A DNA stretch of 64,000 bases, taken from the sequence record PQ567651.1, one strand, 5' to 3'. Below, piece by piece: positions 1-9,140 of the stretch. How positions within the stretch are numbered: the stretch's first letter is position 1; every line of letters begins with the position of its first letter. A program made the translations under genes and the position numbers. Below the pieces are notes generated by a model. That model did not search any database, had not been told where the DNA came from, and saw nothing but the letters and a program-made list of their open reading frames with translations. The DNA comes from Escherichia phage cardinal.

Positions 1-276
1 AGCACCTAATGCATTTTTAGACATACGATAAAATTTATTTACTGCTGCACTACGAGACATTTTAAAGAAGCTATCCCACATAGTTACAAGAGCATCAGTA
101 ACTGCTCGACGAATACCTAAAACAATTACACCACGTGCTTCACGATCTGCATAGTGTGCAAAGTTTTTATCATTACGAGGAGTTAAATTAGAGAAAATGA
201 GTTTTGTATTTTGGTTGTACATCTGCTTGTGACCAGGTTTATACCAATCAGTAGCAAAAGGTGCAAAAATATTCAT
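1..276 (-). CDS. NAMPT-family protein (NadV/Namat-like), N-terminal ~92 aa; gene continues past window start
   Basis: Minus-strand translation from ATG at ~276 gives MNIFAPFATDWYKPGHKQMY..., matching the NAMPT N-terminal TD(S/W)YK..H motif; RBS AAGGAGA upstream. Confidence 0.7.
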   Translation of the reverse strand, partial: MNIFAPFATDWYKPGHKQMYNQNTKLIFSNLTPRNDKNFAHYADREARGVIVLGIRRAVTDALVTMWDSFFKMSRSAAVNKFYRMSKNALGA

Positions 277-308
277 AGTTATGTCTCCTTGTTTGTTAGT
301 GTGGGAGT

Positions 309-337
309 ATCTTACTAAGCATACTCCCTATTGTCAA
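309..337 (-). promoter_or_regulatory. sigma70-like promoter (TTGACA-17-TAAGAT) overlapping hairpin gggagtat/atactccc
   Basis: Minus strand reads TTGACAATAGGGAGTATGCTTAGTAAGATACTCCC followed by AAGGAGA and ATG. Confidence 0.5.
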
Positions 338-347
338 CACTTATTAT

Positions 348-1241
348 TTAAAAATTCCACACGTATGGAGATACAATTTGTTGTTGCAAATCTGACTGAT
401 TCTTAACAAGAACACCGGAATCTTCTTGGATGTTATCTTCCCACACATTAAGAGAATGAATGCAGTCAAAGTGCTCACTTAACTCTTTAAGACCTTTAGA
501 AAAGATACCGTGTGTAACATATAACTCAATCTTACCTGCGTTACGAGCACGTAGCACTTTAGCCAATTCAATAAAAGTTCTACCGCCGTCACAGATATCA
601 TCTACGATCATCAGGTTACGCTTATTGAAATCCTGTACAGAAATGTCTGTACGAACAATAGCACCTGTTGCAGTATCTCTAACCTTCTCTGCACAGAACA
701 CATCTAAAGACATTTTCTTAGATAATTTAAATATTTTCTTAAGAGCACCACCATCAGGACTAACAAGAGCAAAATTCTCCATACGTAACTTCCACTTTAA
801 AGTTTCATAAGCAATCTCTTCTTGAGGTATTACACAGAGTCTGTCAAACACCGCTGGAGTAACATCACTATGTGGATCAGCAACGATAACACGTGAGAAA
901 TTTAATGAATTAATTATAGAAGCAAATGCTTTAACTCCGAATGCTTCACCAGGCTCACACACTCTGTCTTGTCGTGCATACGGTACATACAACATGAGCA
1001 AATCAACACAATATGGTTTATGATATAGCATATTGTCCAATGCATTCTTAGTCATAACCAAAGTCATCAAGTCTTTAGCAGATCTTACTTCTAAAGAGAG
1101 TAAGATTCTGTCTGTAGCATGATTGAAACCTGATAGATTCGTGTCTAGTTGAACATGTTGTTCTCCACCAGAGAATGTAAAGACTTTAACGTCTACATCA
1201 GTAACATAACAGTCAACACCATGTAGAATACTAACTTTCAT
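348..1241 (-). CDS. ribose-phosphate pyrophosphokinase (PRPP synthetase)-like protein; possibly Adps-like
   Basis: 297 aa; PRTase motif MIVDDICDGGRTF, SPDGG and THGIFS motifs typical of Prs. Confidence 0.75.
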   Translation of the reverse strand: MKVSILHGVDCYVTDVDVKVFTFSGGEQHVQLDTNLSGFNHATDRILLSLEVRSAKDLMTLVMTKNALDNMLYHKPYCVDLLMLYVPYARQDRVCEPGEAFGVKAFASIINSLNFSRVIVADPHSDVTPAVFDRLCVIPQEEIAYETLKWKLRMENFALVSPDGGALKKIFKLSKKMSLDVFCAEKVRDTATGAIVRTDISVQDFNKRNLMIVDDICDGGRTFIELAKVLRARNAGKIELYVTHGIFSKGLKELSEHFDCIHSLNVWEDNIQEDSGVLVKNQSDLQQQIVSPYVWNF

Positions 1242-1662
1242 TGTTTATCTCCTTAGTTGAGTTAGGACTTTATGTTCTCTACTCTACATACAGATAGATC
1301 TAAAGTCAATAGATATTTATTATTTAATTTATTATTTAATTAATAATAAAATTAATAAAGAATCTATTGTTAGTATAGAGTATGTATGTTAGTATTATAG
1401 ACATAACATAGTGCTATATGTAGACTACTCAGTTGTCTGTTAGATCATGTATCACAAGATTAGATAACACCCCCTCGCTGCGCTCGGCGTTTTTCGGGGG
1501 TTAGGGTAGCATACTTTTTTGCGTTTGTCAACACCTTTTTGGATTATTTTTAAGTACAACCTAAACCTCCTAAAAACGATTGTAACGAGTTTTACTGTGA
1601 GGTAAGGTGATTGCATATCTTAAAGGCTATTAGCTCGTTACAGAGCCGTACAGGAGGGAATA

Positions 1663-2031
1663 ATGAGGGTCACACGCTACGTTAGAAGTGAAACAATAGA
1701 TGGAAGCATAATGTATGCTTTCTACGATGATAAAACTTTTTGTTCTGCGTTCTATGAAGAAGACTTATCTACGGAATGGCAACAAATCATCTTCTTACTT
1801 GACATTTTGAAAAGAAGAGATAACTTTGAAGGTATTGAGTGGACAGTGGGAAGCAAAGTTATCATTCCAGGCTTAAGCAAACATGAGTTGCTTGACTTAG
1901 ATTGCAAACTTTGTAATTATCAATTCTCAAAACGTTTACCATTAGAAAGACAGTTAGGAGTTGAGATTCATGTTGACTTGGGCGATGGAGTATCCTATAC
2001 TCTCAACAAGCATAGTGCTGACGTTAATTAG
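1663..2031 (+). CDS. hypothetical protein
   Basis: track ORF, RBS AGGAGGG upstream; no recognisable motif. Confidence 0.55.
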   Translation: MRVTRYVRSETIDGSIMYAFYDDKTFCSAFYEEDLSTEWQQIIFLLDILKRRDNFEGIEWTVGSKVIIPGLSKHELLDLDCKLCNYQFSKRLPLERQLGVEIHVDLGDGVSYTLNKHSADVN

Positions 2032-2097
2032 TGGGATCACAAAGTGCGTCACGAGCATTTGCGATTGTTTAACACATTTTAAACAAAGGAAAAATAA

Positions 2098-2295
2098 ATG
2101 AATCAAACTATACAAACAAGCTATAGAGTAATTCTTGGTGAGTTCCATGTTGTTAAGTCAACATTGAATTATGAAGAAGCTAAAGAGAATTTCTTGCTTT
2201 GGGTTGAAGCATTCTCTGAAGTTGAAAAGGTAAGTTACAATTGTGTAACTTTGACTGCTGATCACGTACCTGTTTTGGAGTTTATTAAAAAATGA
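2098..2295 (+). CDS. hypothetical protein
   Basis: track ORF colinear with neighbours. Confidence 0.5.
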   Translation: MNQTIQTSYRVILGEFHVVKSTLNYEEAKENFLLWVEAFSEVEKVSYNCVTLTADHVPVLEFIKK

Positions 2296-2531
2296 AAAAA
2301 GAAATTTTAACTGATGTAACATATTCTTGTATTAGCAAAGGTGGTTTATATCGTGTAGTTGGCTTTCCTAAACCAGCGGGTGTATCTAAAGTATTTGATC
2401 CTGTTGTGATCTACGAAGATGTAAGGACTGGTCAACAGTATTGGCGATTCCAGCAAGATTTCTTACACCGTATGGAGGTTGTTGATGGCGAAAACACCGA
2501 AGAAGCGATCCGTAACAAAGCACGCATCTAA
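2292..2531 (+). CDS. hypothetical protein
   Basis: track ORF, start overlaps previous stop (ATGA). Confidence 0.5.
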   Translation: MKKEILTDVTYSCISKGGLYRVVGFPKPAGVSKVFDPVVIYEDVRTGQQYWRFQQDFLHRMEVVDGENTEEAIRNKARI

Positions 2532-2820
2532 AGATGGGGCGGCAAAGGCCGCTCCTAAGAAACAAAAATTTGACACAGAGGCTTTTGTCTTTGATACTCC
2601 AATAGAAAAGATAGAAGAAGCTCTTGCTAAATTTGAAGAACGTGAAGCAGATCCTATGGCAGATCCTTTCACAGAAGATGAATTGTATTGGTTTGGCTGG
2701 TGGGTTTTGAATCTACCAGAAGCTAAAAAACGAGGAATGAAATCAGTTCCTATTTGTGCAAAAGAGTCGGCTGTGTTAGGTTTATACGAGAAGCCTAAAA
2801 GAAGGAGCAAAAAGAAATGA
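2485..2820 (+). CDS. hypothetical lysine-rich protein
   Basis: ATG at 2485 preceded by GGAGG; track ORF 2479 uses TTG; basic N- and C-termini. Confidence 0.5.
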   Translation: MAKTPKKRSVTKHASKDGAAKAAPKKQKFDTEAFVFDTPIEKIEEALAKFEEREADPMADPFTEDELYWFGWWVLNLPEAKKRGMKSVPICAKESAVLGLYEKPKRRSKKK

Positions 2821-3095
2821 GAAAAACCTACCTGAAGTGTTTGTCTGTTGTGCAAAATGAATGGTATTCAGGTTTGCTGACAGCAGGTAAGAAATATGAA
2901 GTGCTCAATAAACCAGGGGCAAGGTTTTCATTAATTAAGAACGATGAAGGCACTGAAATGCTTATTTCAGTTGCAGATTCTGTGTATGGTACTTTTGAGT
3001 TTGTCTATGAACATGCACCAATTATTCTTGAATACAGCGGTACAAACAAACCTTACACAGCTTTAGATGTGATCAACAACAAAAGGAATAAATAA
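2817..3095 (+). CDS. hypothetical protein
   Basis: track ORF, colinear. Confidence 0.5.
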   Translation: MRKTYLKCLSVVQNEWYSGLLTAGKKYEVLNKPGARFSLIKNDEGTEMLISVADSVYGTFEFVYEHAPIILEYSGTNKPYTALDVINNKRNK

Positions 3096-3286
3096 TGTTC
3101 CTTATTTATTCAGGTAAAGCCAAATACATGCAAGGTGTAAAGCGTGTAGAAGTAGTAGATACTGTAACTATAGGAAAATCCTTTATTCTTTATCTGTTTT
3201 ATGTCAATGGAGAAAGATTTGCTGTTTCTAAGCAATTGGTAGATAAAGGTAAAACTTGGAAAGAAGAGAAACAGGAAGGGGGTTGA
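3095..3286 (+). CDS. hypothetical protein
   Basis: track ORF, colinear. Confidence 0.45.
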   Translation: MFLIYSGKAKYMQGVKRVEVVDTVTIGKSFILYLFYVNGERFAVSKQLVDKGKTWKEEKQEGG

Positions 3287-3288
3287 TA

Positions 3289-3630
3289 GTGGCTAAAATT
3301 CTTTGGTTAGACGATTTAAGAGATCCTAAAGATTATGGTTATGAGGATGCCATTTGGTTAAAATCTTTTGAGGATTGGTTATCTTTTGTTTCAGATGAAG
3401 ATAATTTCAATAATATCTCAGAGATACACTTCGATAATGATCTTGGAGAAGATCAAGAAGGATATCATGCGTTCTTAGACGTAGAATGTATGTTGTACGC
3501 GGGTGAATGGGATGCTCTTAAAACTATCTATGTTCATACATCAAATCCTTCTGCTGCTGGTAAATATATGTTAGCTAAGGAAAATTTTATTTCATCCTAT
3601 GGTATTGAAATTAAACGTGTTAACTATTAA
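3289..3630 (+). CDS. hypothetical protein
   Basis: GTG start after GGAAGGGGG RBS; track ORF starts at upstream TTG 3256. Confidence 0.5.
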   Translation: MAKILWLDDLRDPKDYGYEDAIWLKSFEDWLSFVSDEDNFNNISEIHFDNDLGEDQEGYHAFLDVECMLYAGEWDALKTIYVHTSNPSAAGKYMLAKENFISSYGIEIKRVNY

Positions 3631-3788
3631 GTAGGTATTATGCATTACTCAGTTTGGTCAGAGCAAGAAGAGGATGAAGGGCATTTTATCTATAAAGAGG
3701 AAGAAAACTGTAGCGATACGAGTAATGATCTTTTACTTCCTGATTACAGTTTTTTCGCTGATAGATTAAAAGAGTATGGGGAAAATTG

Positions 3789-4148
3789 ATGTGCGCTACT
3801 AATCAACATGATATTTGTTACCAACCTCTTACTTGGATTGGTGAGGATCACTATGCTCAACGTGTTATAGTCTGCGCTGCGAATAAGTATATTCTCAATA
3901 ATGGCGAAGAGTTAATTATTCCTTGTGTTAGGCATGCAAATCCTGTACTATCTGCACAACTTAATGTTTTAAAAGATGCAGGATTGATTGATAAACTGTT
4001 TTGCTTACCTGATAATCAAGGGTTTATTGATCAGTATTATAACTGGTGGAGTCGCAAAGATGCTTATATCATTGCAGATAACGCCAAACAAATTAACTAC
4101 GAAAGAAATGGTCACAACAGTGAACTATTCAGCGAGGGATTATACTAA
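3789..4148 (+). CDS. hypothetical protein
   Basis: track ORF; ATG at 3789. Confidence 0.5.
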   Translation: MCATNQHDICYQPLTWIGEDHYAQRVIVCAANKYILNNGEELIIPCVRHANPVLSAQLNVLKDAGLIDKLFCLPDNQGFIDQYYNWWSRKDAYIIADNAKQINYERNGHNSELFSEGLY

Positions 4149-4699
4149 TGTTTATTACAAGTGATTTGCATTTTATGCACAAACGTATCCGAGAGTTTGC
4201 TCCTGAATATCGCCCGTGGGAAGATATGGAGCATATGACAGAAGCACTGATCGAAGCATGGAATAAATGTGCCACAACACCAGGAGTAAAGATGTACCAT
4301 CTTGGGGACTTCTGTTTCGGGACTGAAGAAGATACCCGTAAGATTGCTTCCCGTCTCCAAGGGGATATTACTTACTGTGTTGGGAACCATGATTATAGTA
4401 AACACAGAAAAGTGCTTGCAGAGTATGGAGAAGTTGTGTATTATGACGAAGTGAAATATCAGAAGCTGTTCTTCGTCTTAAGCCATTACCCTATGGCTGC
4501 CTGGAATAAACAAGGGCATGGATCAATCATGCTACACGGACACTCTCACGGATCATTCCCTGATCATTTGTATGGGAAAATGTTGGATGTTGGTTGGGAT
4601 GCACACGGGAAAATCTTGCATTTTGACGAAATCATCTCTATTATGGATAAGCGTGATATTGTTGTTGTAGACCATCATAAGATAATCAAAGGAGATTAA
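4148..4699 (+). CDS. calcineurin-type metallophosphoesterase
   Basis: MPP motifs SDLHF, GDFCFG, GNHD, HGHSHG in order. Confidence 0.7.
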   Translation: MFITSDLHFMHKRIREFAPEYRPWEDMEHMTEALIEAWNKCATTPGVKMYHLGDFCFGTEEDTRKIASRLQGDITYCVGNHDYSKHRKVLAEYGEVVYYDEVKYQKLFFVLSHYPMAAWNKQGHGSIMLHGHSHGSFPDHLYGKMLDVGWDAHGKILHFDEIISIMDKRDIVVVDHHKIIKGD

Positions 4700-4700
4700 G

Positions 4701-5633
4701 GTGGCTAAGTTCAATTGTGATGACCTGATTGCAAAAGGTTTAGTGCATAAAAAAGAAGTTAAATCTGGAGAGTATGCTGGTCTTGCTGTGCTTAAATACA
4801 AAAACAATGTATTCTGGGATAATTTGTGGAACGTTGACAAACGACTTTTAGATTGTCGTGGGTTGGTTGTTGACTCAGAAGATAATGTTGTTATTTGGCC
4901 TTTTACTAAAATCTTTAATCGTTTTGAAAATGGTACAGATCTTCCAGCAGACGAAATTGTAGATGCTGTCCGTAAAGTAAACGGTTTTATGGCATCTGTA
5001 GGTGTGTACAAAGGGAAACTTGTTGTATCAACAACAGGGAGCCTAGAATCAGATTTCGCAATTATGGCAAAGAACCGTATTGTTTCCGAGTGTGACGACA
5101 TAGAGTATTTCATTAAGTGGACAGAGAGTGCAAAAGCAACTTTTCTTTTTGAAATCTGTGATCCTTCTGATCCACATATTGTCGAAGAAGAACCAGGCGC
5201 ATACTTAATTGGAGCAAGAATTCAAAATCTTGATGGAACAAGTTTCATGTTACCTGAAGGTGTTCTTGATGGGATTGCATCTATTACAAAGTTTAAACGT
5301 CCTGAAGTTTATCCGATGATTAAATTTTCAGATGTTGTTGAAATGTCTAAACATTGTAAACACGAAGGGTTTGTTGTTCGTGAAACAAACTATCCGTTTA
5401 ACTTACTCTTAAAGATTAAGTCACCATACTATCTTGCTAAGAAGTTCCTTATGCGTGGTGGCAATAAGAAGTGGGATATGATTTGGGACAACCCAAACAA
5501 TGCTAAACAAATTGTTGACGAAGAATATTATACTTTGTTAGAATGGCTTCGAAATAACTTTACGAAGGTTCAATGGGCTGCTCTAGATCCACAAGAGCGA
5601 CGTAAAGAAATAGAAAACTTCTTTGGAGGCTAA
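4701..5633 (+). CDS. RNA ligase, T4 Rnl1-like
   Basis: GTG start after AGGAGA; DCRGLVVD...FTKIFNRFENG and KVNG (motif I KxNG) and KIKSPYY resemble recalled T4 Rnl1 segments. Confidence 0.6.
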   Translation: MAKFNCDDLIAKGLVHKKEVKSGEYAGLAVLKYKNNVFWDNLWNVDKRLLDCRGLVVDSEDNVVIWPFTKIFNRFENGTDLPADEIVDAVRKVNGFMASVGVYKGKLVVSTTGSLESDFAIMAKNRIVSECDDIEYFIKWTESAKATFLFEICDPSDPHIVEEEPGAYLIGARIQNLDGTSFMLPEGVLDGIASITKFKRPEVYPMIKFSDVVEMSKHCKHEGFVVRETNYPFNLLLKIKSPYYLAKKFLMRGGNKKWDMIWDNPNNAKQIVDEEYYTLLEWLRNNFTKVQWAALDPQERRKEIENFFGG

Positions 5634-6038
5634 ATGAAACAACTTATCATTTTACGTGGTGTTTCAGGCGCAGGTAAATCTACAGTAGCAGAAATTATTT
5701 CTGAAGGTTATTGGCCTATCTGTGAGGCAGATCAATATCATTACACAGAAAACGGTGTTTACGATTGGAAGCCAGAAAATGTAGGTAAAGCACACTCATG
5801 GTGTCAGAGTATTGTTCGTGATGCTATGGCATCTAATATTAAAAAGATTATTGTCTCTAACACTTCAACCACAGAGAAAGAACTTAAACCTTATTTTACT
5901 ATTGCTGAAGAGTTTGGTTATCAAGTTATCTCTTTAGTTGTTGAAAATAGGCACGGTAACGACTCAATTCATGAGGTTCCACAACATATTCGTGATCAGC
6001 AAGAGAAACGTCTTCGCAGTTCACTTAAGCTACAATAA
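5634..6038 (+). CDS. polynucleotide kinase-like P-loop kinase (T4 Pnk kinase domain-like, no HAD phosphatase domain)
   Basis: N-terminus MKQLIILRGVSGAGKSTVA (Walker A) closely resembles T4 Pnk MKKIILTIGCPGSGKSTWA. Confidence 0.6.
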   Translation: MKQLIILRGVSGAGKSTVAEIISEGYWPICEADQYHYTENGVYDWKPENVGKAHSWCQSIVRDAMASNIKKIIVSNTSTTEKELKPYFTIAEEFGYQVISLVVENRHGNDSIHEVPQHIRDQQEKRLRSSLKLQ

Positions 6039-6047
6039 GGAGAGTGT

Positions 6048-6368
6048 ATGGAAATTTATTCTGGTGAAGGTAAGTATTTTACAGTAGTCGATAATGGTGA
6101 AATTATTATTTATCGCTACGGAAGTGAGTGGAGGAACGAGACAGGAGACGGCTATATCTTATCTTTGCTCAGTTTGATTAATGATCTTACGGAAGAACTT
6201 GAAGAAACAAAACGTTCGTATGATGATCAAGTAGATTCATTAGAAAACATTATTTCAGATCTAAACGAAGAAGTTTCTTGTTTGAATGAACAAGTTTCAG
6301 AATTAACACTGGAATGTGAAGATTTAGGTGATGTTATTGCAGATTTAAATGAACGTCTTAAGGATTAA
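6048..6368 (+). CDS. hypothetical acidic coiled-coil protein
   Basis: track ORF; heptad-like acidic C-terminus. Confidence 0.5.
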   Translation: MEIYSGEGKYFTVVDNGEIIIYRYGSEWRNETGDGYILSLLSLINDLTEELEETKRSYDDQVDSLENIISDLNEEVSCLNEQVSELTLECEDLGDVIADLNERLKD

Positions 6369-6371
6369 TAT

Positions 6372-6596
6372 ATGAGTACAGCTATCTATGTTAAAGGTGT
6401 AAGCGAAGATCAACAAATGTTATTCTCATTTGGTGAGAATACTGAAATGGAAGATATGTTTAATGATATCCTTGATGCCCTTTCTTCGGAAGGGTTCACA
6501 ATGATTACATACTTTATGGCAACATCTTCTGAATACGTTGATACAGATCTTGAAGACTTAATGGAAGAAATTCAAACTCTTGTGTATAATTGGTAA
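6372..6596 (+). CDS. hypothetical acidic protein
   Basis: track ORF, colinear. Confidence 0.5.
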   Translation: MSTAIYVKGVSEDQQMLFSFGENTEMEDMFNDILDALSSEGFTMITYFMATSSEYVDTDLEDLMEEIQTLVYNW

Positions 6597-6604
6597 GGGT
6601 AACT

Positions 6605-6793
6605 ATGACATTTATTGAAGAACTAACGAGAATTGCAAACGCACCTAACAGTAGCGAAGATCCTTACTTTATGGTGGATGATTACACTGGTGGTAATATT
6701 GATGATGCCTATGAACTAGGCAGACTACACGGTGAAATTGAAATGGCTAAATGGGTTCTTTCGCAACTGGAGGTTAAAGATGAAACAAACTAA
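6605..6793 (+). CDS. hypothetical protein
   Basis: ATG at 6605 within track ORF 6590..6793. Confidence 0.45.
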   Translation: MTFIEELTRIANAPNSSEDPYFMVDDYTGGNIDDAYELGRLHGEIEMAKWVLSQLEVKDETN

Positions 6794-7895
6794 TCCTACA
6801 TTATACGGCAAAACTTCTACAGGTAAAATTAAACAATGGTCAGTCTATACCGAAGGTAGTGTTGTAACTGTTGCTCATGGTCAATTAGGTGGAAAGATTA
6901 CTAGCAAATCTTATACAGCAGAACCTAAAAATATTGGTCGCTCAAATGAAACAACAGCAGAAGAACAAGCTGAAATAGAAGCTCTTGCCAAATGGACAAA
7001 GCAACTTAAGAGTGGGTATTATAAAACAAAAGAGGAAGCTGAAAATCATGTTCCTTCCACACCCATGAAATGTCAGGATTATAAAGATTATGCTGATCGT
7101 GTTTTGTTCCCAGGTTATGCACAATATAAATTGAATGGTCTACGTTCAATGATTAACATGCAAGGTGAATGTTTATCTAAAGCTGGGGAGGTATATAAAC
7201 TTCCACCTCACTGGGAAGAAATTCCAACCTTCATTAAAGAAGTAGTTGGTCATCCTCTTGACGGTGAAGTTTTTGCTGGTTTGGGTGTCCTTAGCCTTCA
7301 ACAAATTAATAGTGCGTGGAAAAAGCATAATGCTAACACACCACTTCTTAAATACTATGTATATGATGTTCCTGTGGCATCTGTACCATTTGAGAAGAGG
7401 GTTCAAGTTTTGGCTGCGCTAAAAGAAGTTGTTGAAGATAAAGGTTTAGATGAACTTATTTGTGTAGTACATACAGAGTACATTGAAAACCAAGAACAGT
7501 TTGATGCTTTCTATGCAAAAGCTCTACGTGAGAAAGCGGAAGGTGTGGTGTATCGTAACGCACAAGGTGTTTACGAGTTTGATAAACGTTCTTATGATGT
7601 TATTAAACGTAAACCACGACAGACGCTTGAAGTTAAAGTGGTAAGTGCAAAGCGTGATAAAAATGGTGACGGGGTATTGACAGGCGAGATGGAAAATGGT
7701 AAAGTAGTCGAATTCCTGATGCGTAAGGATTCAGATGAAACCATTAACTATCGTAAAGCAGAAAATGCCGAAATGTTAATTGGTAAATTTGTTGAGATTG
7801 AGTATGAAGAGTTTTCCGATGGTGGAATACCTACGAAACCAACAGGTGTCCGTTTACGTAAGATGATTCCAGGTACTTGGGAACCAGCAGAGTAA
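6780..7895 (+). CDS. ATP-dependent ligase-like nucleotidyltransferase (DNA or RNA ligase)
   Basis: ATG after GGAGG; candidate motif I YKLNGLR (KxNGxR); track ORF starts upstream at 6732. Confidence 0.5.
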   Translation: MKQTNPTLYGKTSTGKIKQWSVYTEGSVVTVAHGQLGGKITSKSYTAEPKNIGRSNETTAEEQAEIEALAKWTKQLKSGYYKTKEEAENHVPSTPMKCQDYKDYADRVLFPGYAQYKLNGLRSMINMQGECLSKAGEVYKLPPHWEEIPTFIKEVVGHPLDGEVFAGLGVLSLQQINSAWKKHNANTPLLKYYVYDVPVASVPFEKRVQVLAALKEVVEDKGLDELICVVHTEYIENQEQFDAFYAKALREKAEGVVYRNAQGVYEFDKRSYDVIKRKPRQTLEVKVVSAKRDKNGDGVLTGEMENGKVVEFLMRKDSDETINYRKAENAEMLIGKFVEIEYEEFSDGGIPTKPTGVRLRKMIPGTWEPAE

Positions 7896-7903
7896 GAGAT
7901 AAT

Positions 7904-8083
7904 ATGGTATTAGTAACAGTTCTTATGATGTTAATTGCTATTGCAATTATAATGTTAGCCTCGTTTCCAGTGGACAAATGGTACTGCAATTTTTGTAGAT
8001 TTGTTGTTTTCCTCTGTGCTGGGGTGTATATGGGCGAATCGGTAGTTCGCATTAGTGTTTTGTTAGAACAATATTTTAAATAA
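7904..8083 (+). CDS. hypothetical small membrane protein
   Basis: hydrophobic stretch VLVTVLMMLIAIAIIMLA; weak RBS. Confidence 0.35.
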   Translation: MVLVTVLMMLIAIAIIMLASFPVDKWYCNFCRFVVFLCAGVYMGESVVRISVLLEQYFK

Positions 8084-8092
8084 GGAGAAACA

Positions 8093-8815
8093 ATGATCGA
8101 GAATTTTTTCAAACAAGTAAAAGTGGACAATAGCTTCTTTATCAAAGCTGCCGATCAAATTGTTGCTTGGAATGCTAAGGCACGTGGTGGAGTAACCCCA
8201 GAATTTACTCAAGAGATGTTTGAAGCTCAACTTTCTTTTGTACGAGAAGAACTTAAAGAGTTTCAAGCAGCAGCACAGGAAAATGATCACGTTGAATTAC
8301 TTGATGCAGCAGCAGATATTTTTGTGGTAGCCTCCTACCTGGCATTTATGTTCTTTGGTAAAGAAGGTGTTGATAAAGCTCTGGAAATGCCGACAGGAGA
8401 TGTTCTGGCAGAAAACATTTACGATGTTATCATTGAATTTGATAAAATGGTAGAAAATGACTTGCAATTTGCCTTAATGTCTCTTACACTTACACGTATG
8501 GCACGAGATACTTTGGTGCGTTCTGTCTATAACGAGAAGAAGGTTATGCGTGAAGTGTTGAATAGCAATGAGTCCAAGTATCCTACCAAGAAGCAACTCC
8601 TGGCTATTTGGGAAACTAAGGATATTATTGAAGCTCTTGAAAAAGAGTGCGATGCTATCGAGATGCGAAGCAAAGATCGTGCAGAAGGTTCTTATACTGG
8701 GGTACATGCTGTATATAACGAAGTTCAAAAGGTGTACGTATTCTTTGATGACAAAGGTAAAATTATGAAACCATCTACCTTTGTTAAACCTAATATCGCA
8801 GCAATCATTGCTTAA
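8093..8815 (+). CDS. hypothetical protein, possibly MazG-like NTP pyrophosphohydrolase
   Basis: EELKEF...ELLDAAADIFVVASYLA resembles the MazG-type all-alpha NTP-PPase motif; weak. Confidence 0.4.
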   Translation: MIENFFKQVKVDNSFFIKAADQIVAWNAKARGGVTPEFTQEMFEAQLSFVREELKEFQAAAQENDHVELLDAAADIFVVASYLAFMFFGKEGVDKALEMPTGDVLAENIYDVIIEFDKMVENDLQFALMSLTLTRMARDTLVRSVYNEKKVMREVLNSNESKYPTKKQLLAIWETKDIIEALEKECDAIEMRSKDRAEGSYTGVHAVYNEVQKVYVFFDDKGKIMKPSTFVKPNIAAIIA

Positions 8816-8822
8816 GAAATAA

Positions 8823-8845
8823 AGCCCCTTCGGGGGCTTATTGGA
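8823..8845 (+). terminator. hairpin agcccc-ttcg-ggggct after gene end
   Basis: GC stem with UUCG loop right after stop; weak T-tract. Confidence 0.4.
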
Positions 8846-8851
8846 GGTATT

Positions 8852-9130
8852 ATGTTAACAGCAGAAGATATCTTTAAACACGGTTTGCGTCAGGTAATCA
8901 AATCCTTGAAGAATGCAGGTATTGAAGATATCACACAGGAAATTGTTGGTTTAGAAAAAGAAGGTAAGAGAACAGAGTTTAAGTTTTACACAGAAGAACA
9001 GTGGCTGAGTAATCCGCAAAACAAAGCTAATGAAGCTGTTAGTCTGTTTGGTAAATCTTATAAAGGATTTAAATATCCTGATCATATTGTCGAATATGAT
9101 GGTGTAAAATATTTTGTAGTTATTATTTGA
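8852..9130 (+). CDS. hypothetical protein
   Basis: track ORF, RBS GGAGG. Confidence 0.5.
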   Translation: MLTAEDIFKHGLRQVIKSLKNAGIEDITQEIVGLEKEGKRTEFKFYTEEQWLSNPQNKANEAVSLFGKSYKGFKYPDHIVEYDGVKYFVVII

Positions 9131-9140
9131 GGAGAAAACT

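Noticed and set aside
460-810. Plus-strand ORF of 116 aa inside the Prs-like gene
   Set aside because: Lies antisense within a well-supported minus-strand CDS with clear PRTase motifs; low-complexity translation.
2463-2855. Minus-strand ORF of 130 aa in the plus-strand block
   Set aside because: Antisense to two colinear plus-strand genes; no RBS; typical shadow ORF.
4553-5113. Minus-strand ORF of 186 aa overlapping the phosphoesterase and RNA ligase genes
   Set aside because: Antisense to genes with strong motif support.
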